Origin: an uncultured Mycoplasmatota bacterium
GTDB lineage: Bacteria > Bacillota_I > Bacilli_A > RF39 > UBA660
DNA length: 64,000 nucleotides
Assembly (NCBI GenBank): GCA_946402735.1
Contig: CAMIXH010000001.1
Span: 5,983 to 69,982 of the forward strand
Direction: 5' to 3'
Below, in pieces: positions 41,884-50,435 of this stretch (positions within the stretch are counted from its first letter, which is position 1; each line of letters starts with the position of its first letter). The notes under the pieces were generated by a model. The model saw only the letters and a list, made by a program, of their open reading frames with translations, searched no databases and was not told the origin of the DNA. Both the position numbers and the translations under genes were made by a program.

Positions 41884-42816
41884 ATGGCAAAGCAAAAAAG
41901 TGGAGTCAAAGGAAAACTTCTAAAAAAAGTAGTCTTTGGAAGTAGCATTGGAATGGTAACAGCTGCATTAGTGATTATTATTCCATGCTTAATGATTTTA
42001 GATTTTTTTGGTGCTAATATTACAGATAATTATGTAGAAAATAATATGGATTATGCAGATATGTATAAAGAGACAGTTAATAAAGCATTAAAAAATGGCT
42101 ATGGATATGTTCCGTTAAATAGGATTTTATATTTTTATTTAGAAGATGATAAGTTATCATTTTATGATATTTATGTAGATAATATTGAAAGAGAATCTAA
42201 TAAAATGAAAACAATTAGTGATGTTTGTACATTACCTAAATATAAAATCTATGATGGTTGTAAAGATTTGGATTCTGGAGATCAAATAGATGAAGAGGTT
42301 AATAAACCATTTGTTCCACCAATTGATTTTGAAAAAATAACTGTTACATCTTTTTTTATGGAAGAAAGAATAGTTTTTGGAAAGTCAGATGTTCATGGTG
42401 GATGGGATTTAGCTTGTGGTAATAAGACACCAGTTAAATCAACTTGTGATGGAACAGTAACACAAGTAAGTTTCACACAAAAAGAAAATGTAACAAATAA
42501 AAATGCAGGTGGTGGAAATCATATTAAGATTAAATGTGAAGTAGATGAGGATGTTACTTATGAAGTTTGGTATGCACATTTATATCCAAATTCAGCTAAA
42601 GTAAAAGTTGGAGATTCAGTAACAGCAGGACAAGAAATTGCAGGAGTTGGTACTACTGGTTATTCAACTGGGCCTCATTTACATTATCAAGTAATGTTTA
42701 ATGGAGAAAATGTTGATGGCATGAGTTTAATTGATTTTTCTGATAAACTACCAAAGCCATCATTTGGACCAACAACTCCAAGTTATCCAGGATTGAATCC
42801 ACAATTCAGACCATAA
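41884..42816 (+). CDS. M23 family peptidase (conjugation cell-wall hydrolase)
   Basis: HGGWDL, GGN, YAHL, GTTGYSTGPHLHY; N-terminal TM helix. Confidence 0.88.
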   Translation: MAKQKSGVKGKLLKKVVFGSSIGMVTAALVIIIPCLMILDFFGANITDNYVENNMDYADMYKETVNKALKNGYGYVPLNRILYFYLEDDKLSFYDIYVDNIERESNKMKTISDVCTLPKYKIYDGCKDLDSGDQIDEEVNKPFVPPIDFEKITVTSFFMEERIVFGKSDVHGGWDLACGNKTPVKSTCDGTVTQVSFTQKENVTNKNAGGGNHIKIKCEVDEDVTYEVWYAHLYPNSAKVKVGDSVTAGQEIAGVGTTGYSTGPHLHYQVMFNGENVDGMSLIDFSDKLPKPSFGPTTPSYPGLNPQFRP

Positions 42817-42858
42817 TTTTTATTTGAAAAATAAAGAAAAAAATAATTTTAAGGAAAT

Positions 42859-43013
42859 ATTCAGACCACTAAAGTGGATCAATTTTGCAAGTGCAAAATA
42901 AGTTTGTACCCATTAAAAATCCAGTTAATACTGGAATTTTTTAATGAAGTGGGTACATTCTCTTATGCTCTTAAAATTTTTGATACAAAAATATTAAAAA
43001 TGGTGGTCTGAAT
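42859..43013 (+). promoter_or_regulatory. Putative oriT
   Basis: Nested inverted repeats followed by CTTATGCTCT (42962-42971), upstream of RHH and relaxase genes. Confidence 0.65.
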
Positions 43014-43039
43014 TAATCCACTAAGAACCACAGAAAGAG

Positions 43040-43234
43040 GTGAATATAATAGTGTATGAAGGCAAATTAAGGATACCTATAAGATTAAAAAATAGAATTG
43101 AAATGTTGGCTAAAGAACGAAGAATCAGTTTTAATAAAATGGTTAATATTATTTTAGAATTAGGAATTTATGAACTATTAGAAGAGGAGGCAGAATATGG
43201 AAAAATTAAGCATAAGCAAGTTAATAGCAAATGA
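43040..43234 (+). CDS. Ribbon-helix-helix protein
   Basis: LRIP..LK.RI..LA....ISFN..V..IL Arc/CopG-like pattern. Confidence 0.65.
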   Translation: MNIIVYEGKLRIPIRLKNRIEMLAKERRISFNKMVNIILELGIYELLEEEAEYGKIKHKQVNSK

Positions 43235-43613
43235 TGTAGTTAATTATGGAATGGATAAAACAACTAGTTTTAATTACATAGTTAGCTTAAACGATTTTCT
43301 AGATGATTATGATGAAGATACATGCAGTTATATAAAATCTCATATTAATGACATAATTGAAGCAGTTCATCAAAATGAAAATGTAGCTCAATTAGATTAT
43401 GATGAAAAAAGGCAAGAATTTGATATGGTGTTCTTTTTTGATAATTTAATGAGTCCACTTGAAAAAAGAATAATGGACACAGGAAAGAATATGGGAATTG
43501 ACTATGAATTAGATGATGTTAGATCTATTTCATATGATATTGAAAATTCTGATGAATATGATGATTTAATAACTAGCTCAATTAAGAATCATGATCTTGG
43601 AAGAGAAATGTAG
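43197..43613 (+). CDS. Hypothetical acidic protein
   Basis: RBS GGAGG; 138 aa ORF. Confidence 0.6.
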   Translation: MEKLSISKLIANDVVNYGMDKTTSFNYIVSLNDFLDDYDEDTCSYIKSHINDIIEAVHQNENVAQLDYDEKRQEFDMVFFFDNLMSPLEKRIMDTGKNMGIDYELDDVRSISYDIENSDEYDDLITSSIKNHDLGREM

Positions 43614-43621
43614 GTGATGTT

Positions 43622-43939
43622 ATGGTAAAACCTCATATTTCTATTTCAGAAGATTTAAAAAGTAGATTAGATGTTTATTGTAAAGAGAATAACTTTCAAT
43701 GTTTTTCTCATGGAGTTATTGATTTATTAGAAAAGGCATTAAGTCAAAATAAATTAGATAGAGTATTGGATAATATATTAAATTCAGTTGATAGATTAAA
43801 TTCAAGATCTAGTTATACTAGAGATTTACTAGAACAGTTATATTCAAATCTTGAAATTGAAACAGAGACTAATCCTAAAAATAATAAGTCATTACAAAAA
43901 TTTAAGAATAAATATATAAAGGATAAATTCAATGACTAG
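43622..43939 (+). CDS. RHH relaxosome accessory protein
   Basis: HISISEDLKSRLD.Y...FS..V..LL; overlaps the relaxase start. Confidence 0.55.
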   Translation: MVKPHISISEDLKSRLDVYCKENNFQCFSHGVIDLLEKALSQNKLDRVLDNILNSVDRLNSRSSYTRDLLEQLYSNLEIETETNPKNNKSLQKFKNKYIKDKFND

Positions 43940-45227
43940 TGAAGTAAATGTTATGCATGAATTTACTCCTAGCTTTAAAAACTTAAATTTCAAATATCCA
44001 ACAAAAGAATATGTTCATAATTCAACTATGAATATGTTTGATTATTATGCAGATAAAAAGAAAAAGGCATTTTTTATGTTAGATTATTTTAGTGGTAAAA
44101 TTGGTAAAGATGAAGAAATGAACATTATGTTTGAAAATGGAGAATATGCAACACAATCTCAAATAGAAGAAAGAAAAAAACAATATGCTAAGTATATTGA
44201 AGATTCAAACATATATAAAATGGTAATATCATTTCCAGAAGGATATTTAGAAGAAAATGTAGATATAAAAGAATTTGAAAAGGCTCTTGCAAAAGATATA
44301 ATTCCAATGTTTTTAAAAAAATGTGGTTTTCAAGATATGAATAAAATGAGTTATCAGTTTTCATTACATACAAATACGGATAACTTGCATTTTCATTTAT
44401 CTTTTGCTGAAAAAGAACCTAATTATAAAAGATTTAGTAAAGATAAAGAATTACAATATAGATTTGCTGGAGAATTATCTCAAGAAGAATTAACTTTTCT
44501 TAAAAATGAAATACAACATTACATTAAGAAAGAAAAAATATATACACCTTTATTAATTGAAACGAATAAAGAACTTGATAATTTAAAAAAGTATTTTAAT
44601 CCCAAAGATAGAAACTTTTTATTAAATAATAAAGAAGATATTTTGTTAGAAGATAAAATTGTATCTTTAGGAAAATTATTAGATGAAAAGAATCTAATCA
44701 AAAATAATAAGATAAAGTTTAATTCTATAAGAGATAAAGAAATAAAGCAGTTAACTAAAGAAATCAAGAATTATTTGTTTAAAAGTAATAATGAAGAATT
44801 TAAACTTGATTATAAAGAGTTTAAAGAATCACTTGAAAAGATAAATCAATATTTTATTGATATTTCTAAAAATAATCATACTGAAATTGTTGATACATCA
44901 TTAATTGATAGAAAAGAAAAATATTTTGATAATTATGTATTAAATGCGATTGTTAATCATGCAAGTTATAGATATAAGAATCCAAAAATATCTGAAGAAG
45001 AAATGATTCAAAACATTGTATATCAGAATTATAGAAGAAATAAAAATCAAAGTAGAAGCACAATTCTTATGAATTGTTTATCATCTTTATCAAATAAAAA
45101 TAGATTTAAAAATCATTATAGAATAAACCAAGCAGTTAAAAATATAAATGATGAGCTAGAGGATGCAGAAAAGGAATTTGATAAGTTATTTCAAGTTGAT
45201 AAGGATTATTCGCAATTTATGATATAA
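43932..45227 (+). CDS. Relaxase, MOB_L-like
   Basis: FDYY/LDYF tyrosines, MVISF, HUH motif LHTNTDNLHFHLSFAE. Confidence 0.8.
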   Translation: MTSEVNVMHEFTPSFKNLNFKYPTKEYVHNSTMNMFDYYADKKKKAFFMLDYFSGKIGKDEEMNIMFENGEYATQSQIEERKKQYAKYIEDSNIYKMVISFPEGYLEENVDIKEFEKALAKDIIPMFLKKCGFQDMNKMSYQFSLHTNTDNLHFHLSFAEKEPNYKRFSKDKELQYRFAGELSQEELTFLKNEIQHYIKKEKIYTPLLIETNKELDNLKKYFNPKDRNFLLNNKEDILLEDKIVSLGKLLDEKNLIKNNKIKFNSIRDKEIKQLTKEIKNYLFKSNNEEFKLDYKEFKESLEKINQYFIDISKNNHTEIVDTSLIDRKEKYFDNYVLNAIVNHASYRYKNPKISEEEMIQNIVYQNYRRNKNQSRSTILMNCLSSLSNKNRFKNHYRINQAVKNINDELEDAEKEFDKLFQVDKDYSQFMI

Positions 45228-45244
45228 TATAATTGGTGATTAAT

Positions 45245-46615
45245 ATGATGATTTCTCCAGAAGGATATATTGAAGAAAAGAAAAATAAGTCTTATAAAGA
45301 ATTAATCAAGGAAAAAGAAATATTACTTGATGAAATATCAAAATTTGAAAAAGATATGGCTAACAATAATTATAAATTAAAAGAAGATTCAGAAATAATA
45401 TGTCCATCTCCAGATGTTGTATATCAATGTAATTTGTTATATTTATCTAAATTAACCGAATTATTAGCTGATAAATTTAATAAAGAATACGAGTGGCCAG
45501 ATGAAAAACAAAACGATAATTCTAGTGCTAAAAAATATAAATATGTTTCTGTTACATATGATGATGATTATTCTGAAAGAAAATACTCATATAAAACAAC
45601 TTTAGAAAATATTAAAGTAGGTGATACAGTATTGGTGGATAGAAATGGTAATGAAGCATATGGTACAGTCGAAGCTATTAATGAATATACAGAGGAGACA
45701 GCACCATATCCTGTAGATAAAACTAAAGATATAATTGAGATAGTTGAAGAATTTGATGATGACGATTATGATGACTATTTTGATGAGGATGACATGATAA
45801 AAGAATATGAAAACATATTACTTAACAATATGTTTGGTAGAATATCTATCAAAAGATTAATGAAATTAAATAGTCCACAAAACGGTCAAGATGAATATAT
45901 ATTATTATATTATCCAAAATTTAATACTTTCTTTTATAAAAAAGCAGAAGATAAATATGAAATGGCTGAATATAATACTAAAGTTATATCAGATCAGATG
46001 TTTCGTATAATGGAAAAGGAATCGCTAGAAGTTCCTCAAAAAAGATATGCTTTAACAAATGATAGTGATTCATATATAAGAGCTGTTAAATATTGTCAGG
46101 ACAACAATTTAAAATATCATGATGATACTGATGTGTTAGATTTTTGTAATGAGAAAAGAGAGCTTTATAAAGATAAGCCTAAATATGAAGAACCAAAAGA
46201 ATTTGAAAGTATAGAAGAAGTAATAGATTATTTAAAAAATGATTATAAAGAGGCACAATGGAAGACTCCAGAACCTAGTTACTATATCGAAAATAACCAA
46301 ATAATTCATTATATGGGATGGCTTGATTATGATATGAGAATATTTAAAGTATGGGATTATATGGTTAAAAATAATTATGTAGATGAACAATATTATAATA
46401 GAGAGAAATATCCTGAATTCTTTGATGAAGATTTTCATAAATATGACTTTGATAATTTGGATATAAAAAGATTGTCTTATTTGTTTCTTAGAACATTTAA
46501 TATAGAAAGAATCAGTGAAGGTGCTATCAATAGTTTAGTTACATCAGGAATAATGTTAAAACTTATTGAGAGAGCTAAAATATTAAAAAATGAAAAGGAA
46601 AATAGAAATGAATAA
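45245..46615 (+). CDS. Multidomain hypothetical cargo protein
   Basis: Own TGATATAAT promoter; distinct N-terminal helical, SH3-like and C-terminal ER.SEG segments. Confidence 0.6.
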   Translation: MMISPEGYIEEKKNKSYKELIKEKEILLDEISKFEKDMANNNYKLKEDSEIICPSPDVVYQCNLLYLSKLTELLADKFNKEYEWPDEKQNDNSSAKKYKYVSVTYDDDYSERKYSYKTTLENIKVGDTVLVDRNGNEAYGTVEAINEYTEETAPYPVDKTKDIIEIVEEFDDDDYDDYFDEDDMIKEYENILLNNMFGRISIKRLMKLNSPQNGQDEYILLYYPKFNTFFYKKAEDKYEMAEYNTKVISDQMFRIMEKESLEVPQKRYALTNDSDSYIRAVKYCQDNNLKYHDDTDVLDFCNEKRELYKDKPKYEEPKEFESIEEVIDYLKNDYKEAQWKTPEPSYYIENNQIIHYMGWLDYDMRIFKVWDYMVKNNYVDEQYYNREKYPEFFDEDFHKYDFDNLDIKRLSYLFLRTFNIERISEGAINSLVTSGIMLKLIERAKILKNEKENRNE

Positions 46616-46892
46616 TCAAAAGAAATTATCACCAGAACAAGAACAAATTACAAAAAAAGTTGTAGATGGATTAACAAATGATTCATCTGAAGAATTAATT
46701 AATCTAATGAAAGAGTGTAATATTAGTGATGGAGTTATAATGCTTACAATGTTAGGAATTGGAACACATACTGAATATTATAAAGTTCTTTATAATCGAA
46801 TAAACAATAATAAGGATAAAATGAATGATGATTTATTAAAAAAAGAAGTTGTTGATATATTACATGAAATAGATAGAAATGAAGATGAATAA
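46608..46892 (+). CDS. Hypothetical protein
   Basis: Overlaps the upstream stop; AAGGA RBS. Confidence 0.55.
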   Translation: MNNQKKLSPEQEQITKKVVDGLTNDSSEELINLMKECNISDGVIMLTMLGIGTHTEYYKVLYNRINNNKDKMNDDLLKKEVVDILHEIDRNEDE

Positions 46893-46921
46893 CATCTTCT
46901 TTTTTTGTGAAAGGAGGATAT

Positions 46922-48904
46922 ATGAATTTAAGTATAATTTTTTTATTAGTTATATTATCTTTGTTTTTGTTCGGTTTTATATATATAGAACCAATTTTAA
47001 TGAAACACAAAGTTAAAAATGATAATGAGTATGGCTCAGCAAGGTTTAGTACAGATAATGAGATAAAAAAGAATTTTAAAAAAGAAAAAGTAAGTAATAT
47101 TAAAGAGGCAGGATTTCCTGTCTCTTTTAGTAAAGATTTGAAGACAATCTATTTTGATAGAGAAACACCTCATTATGTGTATTTAGGTTCAACTGGTTCA
47201 GGTAAATCAGTAACTGCTGTTATACCAACATGTACATTTATTTCAAGTGCAAAGAAAAAAAGGAGTGTTTTTATCACAGATCCAAAAGGTGAAATATATA
47301 ATGCAACTTCAAAAATGTTTCAAGATAGAGGATATAAGATTCTCACTATTGATTTTAGACATCCAGAACTATCAAATAAGATTAATATATTAGAGCCAAT
47401 TATTACTGAATATAAAGAATATATGGAATATGAAAGACTAGCTGCTGAATCAAAAGAAGAAAAAGAAAAATTAGAATATAATAATTTATCTATGTCAGCT
47501 CTAGCTGAAACAAACAGATTAATATCTTCACTAGCTACTATGGTAATGCAAGAAAAACATGAACAGAAAGATCCATTTTGGAATGAATCAGCTAAGAATT
47601 TGTTAGAAGGTCTTATTGGATTTTTTTTAGAAGAATTAAAATTAGGTAATATCAAAGAAGAACAAATTACAATGACTTCAATCAGAAAGTTTCAAAATAG
47701 TACAATGGAAACTGCTAATAGTAAAAAATTTAAAGATTATATTAATAAGAGAGCATACGGAAGTAAATCTAAAGATGCTTTAGTTAGTATATTAAGTGCA
47801 AGTGATAATACTTATAAATCTATAACAGCAGTATTTGGTCAAAAGATGAATATATTTGATGATATAAATGTAGCTAATGTTACATGTACTTCTGATTTCA
47901 AATTTAATGTTTTAGGAAGTGAACCTGTTGCATTATATGTTATTGTTCCAGATGAAGATAAGACTTATTTTACATTAGTAACAATTATAGTAGGATTACT
48001 ATATAGAGATTTGGTAAAATTAGCAAATAGTAATGATAACAAAAAATTACCATATGAGATAGATTTTATTTTAGATGAATTTGCAAACTGTCCACCTCTA
48101 GCTGATATTGAAGCAATTGTTTCTGTAGCTAGAAGTAGAGGAATGCATTTTCATTTTTTTATACAATCATTTTCTCAATTAGATAATGTTTATGGAAAAG
48201 AAGTTGCTCAAATTATACTTGATAATTGTGGCTTAGTTTATTTAAAAACAAATACTCAAGAAACGGCTGAAGCAATATCTAAAAGGTTAGGTAAAAAAAC
48301 TATTGAATCTAATAGTGTAAGACAATCGGTTTCTTTATTAAATTATAATGGTGATAGATCTACTAATTTAATTGGTAGAGATTTAATGACTCCAGAAGAA
48401 GTGAAACAACTTCATTACAAAACAATTATATTTCCAATAATTGGATTTCCTATTTTTAGAGATACTATTTTATATAATAAGTTTTCTTGTTATAAATCTG
48501 GAGTAGTTGAAAGAACTAAGAACCCATTAAAAGATTTATCTAATACTTATTTTGTAGTTGAAAATATTAATCATAAAGTAGTTGAAAAAGGTAAATCTGA
48601 TCCAAAAGAAATAAAGGAATTTTATGAACAAATGGAATTAGATGATAAAGAAAAATTAAAACCAATTGAATTAGTTATTGAAAAAACATTTAAGAAAGAT
48701 TTTGATATTAAATATAACAAAGAAGCTAATCATAGAACACATATGACCGTTACACTTAATAGAAGATTAAAACAAGTAGAAAGATCAATATTACCTAATA
48801 AAATAAAAGCCGAACAATATCATATAGAAATAATTGAGAAAGAAGAAAAAACAATAATAAATATTTATAATGAAAAAAATGATTTAGAATTAAATATGAG
48901 ATGA
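46922..48904 (+). CDS. VirD4-like type IV coupling protein
   Basis: N-terminal TM helix, YGSARF, GSTGSGKS, TDPKGE, DPFW, LDEFAN, ARSRG, QS.SQL..VYG. Confidence 0.92.
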   Translation: MNLSIIFLLVILSLFLFGFIYIEPILMKHKVKNDNEYGSARFSTDNEIKKNFKKEKVSNIKEAGFPVSFSKDLKTIYFDRETPHYVYLGSTGSGKSVTAVIPTCTFISSAKKKRSVFITDPKGEIYNATSKMFQDRGYKILTIDFRHPELSNKINILEPIITEYKEYMEYERLAAESKEEKEKLEYNNLSMSALAETNRLISSLATMVMQEKHEQKDPFWNESAKNLLEGLIGFFLEELKLGNIKEEQITMTSIRKFQNSTMETANSKKFKDYINKRAYGSKSKDALVSILSASDNTYKSITAVFGQKMNIFDDINVANVTCTSDFKFNVLGSEPVALYVIVPDEDKTYFTLVTIIVGLLYRDLVKLANSNDNKKLPYEIDFILDEFANCPPLADIEAIVSVARSRGMHFHFFIQSFSQLDNVYGKEVAQIILDNCGLVYLKTNTQETAEAISKRLGKKTIESNSVRQSVSLLNYNGDRSTNLIGRDLMTPEEVKQLHYKTIIFPIIGFPIFRDTILYNKFSCYKSGVVERTKNPLKDLSNTYFVVENINHKVVEKGKSDPKEIKEFYEQMELDDKEKLKPIELVIEKTFKKDFDIKYNKEANHRTHMTVTLNRRLKQVERSILPNKIKAEQYHIEIIEKEEKTIINIYNEKNDLELNMR

Positions 48905-48967
48905 GGATAGTCGATGAGATTATCCTCTTTTTTTATGTTATAATATATTATGAGAGTAGGTGTTATT

Positions 48968-50434
48968 ATGGCTAAAGGTCCACGATTAAATAATATATCT
49001 AGAAATTTTACTACGAGAGATAGTTTGGGAATAGAAGGCGTAGCTACATCGATATCTGCTGAAATATGTCCAATAGTAAATACAGTTACACCTAGACCAT
49101 TTTATTGGGCTTTTATTACTTGGTGTTATTATGACTTCTATAATAATTGTGAGCCTAAAGATAGAAGCTCTGATAATGTATATAAATATGTTAAAATGCA
49201 GAATTATTTTTTAGCATTAGCCAGTGATATTAATAACACTGATGTTTCAAATGGATTCACAGGTGCAGACACTATTCGTTCGAGAGTAGATTTAAATCAA
49301 GATTTATTTTCATATGATGATAAGTACTTGGTTACTGTATTAAGTAATATGGGATATTATCCAGCTGGATTATATACAATGGGATTTATTACGGATGTAG
49401 ATCCTGAAACAATGGATAAGTTTAAATATCCACATTTAACTCCTGAAGGTAAGAAACTAGCCGAAGCGTTCGATAATATAATTAGTACCACAAGATATTA
49501 TAAAGAATATAGAAGAAAAGTTACTGATATACCAAGAGATGTATTAATAGAACTAAATAACCAAATTAATATAAATTTAGATGGTTTTGATGATGTTAAA
49601 AAAATTCTTATAGAACATTTATTTAATAAAGAGAGTCAAAAAAAATTGATTGAGTCTCATAACTATTTAAAGTTTATTTTTAAAGAATATAAACCTGAGA
49701 ATATGAATACTGCTAAATGTAGAGAATTATTTTACGACTATTTTTCTCCATATTCAGATAATAAGTATAGATATCCTGAAGAGTTAAAAGAAATTATTGA
49801 TAGTTGGGAAATTGTCGTAGGAAGACAATATTTTACTTCTGGATTAGAAATGATATGGAAATATATGTTAGAAAACTTAAATAGTCCTAAGCTATATAAA
49901 GAATGGTTTAATGATTGTTTAAATAATTCTAAAATTGATTTTGAATTAACAGATAAACTTAGTTCAATTATTTCTTCATGCAATTATTCGTTTTCCGAAA
50001 GGGAAAACATGATAGCAGATGCTAGAAGTAGAAGTAGTAATCACGAATTAAATATTGCAAATGGTATTAAGATAATTTTATCTGTATATAATAGATTTTA
50101 TAATAGAAACGATTTCTCTAAAGATTGTAAAAATTATTATAATTATGGAATGGATAACAATTCTATTTCACTAAATGAATATTTTAAACTCGTAGAAGAA
50201 TATAAAGATAAACCAATAGAAGAATTTATTAAGTATATAATGTATCACTATTTATTAAATCAACATTTGAATACTGCATTTGAAAAAATGTTACAAGGTA
50301 GAGATGGATACTATATAGAAAAAATAGAAAATGAATATTCAAGAAAAGAATATTTTGATTTAGACTTTCAAGGGATTAGAATGGTTCAATTAGCTATGGT
50401 AATGCAAGATTTAAATGTATTGGAGGTTGAGTAA
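48968..50434 (+). CDS. Hypothetical protein, probable defence-system partner of the PLD nuclease
   Basis: N-terminal RDSLG....ICP..NTVTPRPFY..F motif; stop lies 2 nt before the PLD gene start. Confidence 0.55.
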   Translation: MAKGPRLNNISRNFTTRDSLGIEGVATSISAEICPIVNTVTPRPFYWAFITWCYYDFYNNCEPKDRSSDNVYKYVKMQNYFLALASDINNTDVSNGFTGADTIRSRVDLNQDLFSYDDKYLVTVLSNMGYYPAGLYTMGFITDVDPETMDKFKYPHLTPEGKKLAEAFDNIISTTRYYKEYRRKVTDIPRDVLIELNNQININLDGFDDVKKILIEHLFNKESQKKLIESHNYLKFIFKEYKPENMNTAKCRELFYDYFSPYSDNKYRYPEELKEIIDSWEIVVGRQYFTSGLEMIWKYMLENLNSPKLYKEWFNDCLNNSKIDFELTDKLSSIISSCNYSFSERENMIADARSRSSNHELNIANGIKIILSVYNRFYNRNDFSKDCKNYYNYGMDNNSISLNEYFKLVEEYKDKPIEEFIKYIMYHYLLNQHLNTAFEKMLQGRDGYYIEKIENEYSRKEYFDLDFQGIRMVQLAMVMQDLNVLEVE

Positions 50435-50435
50435 T

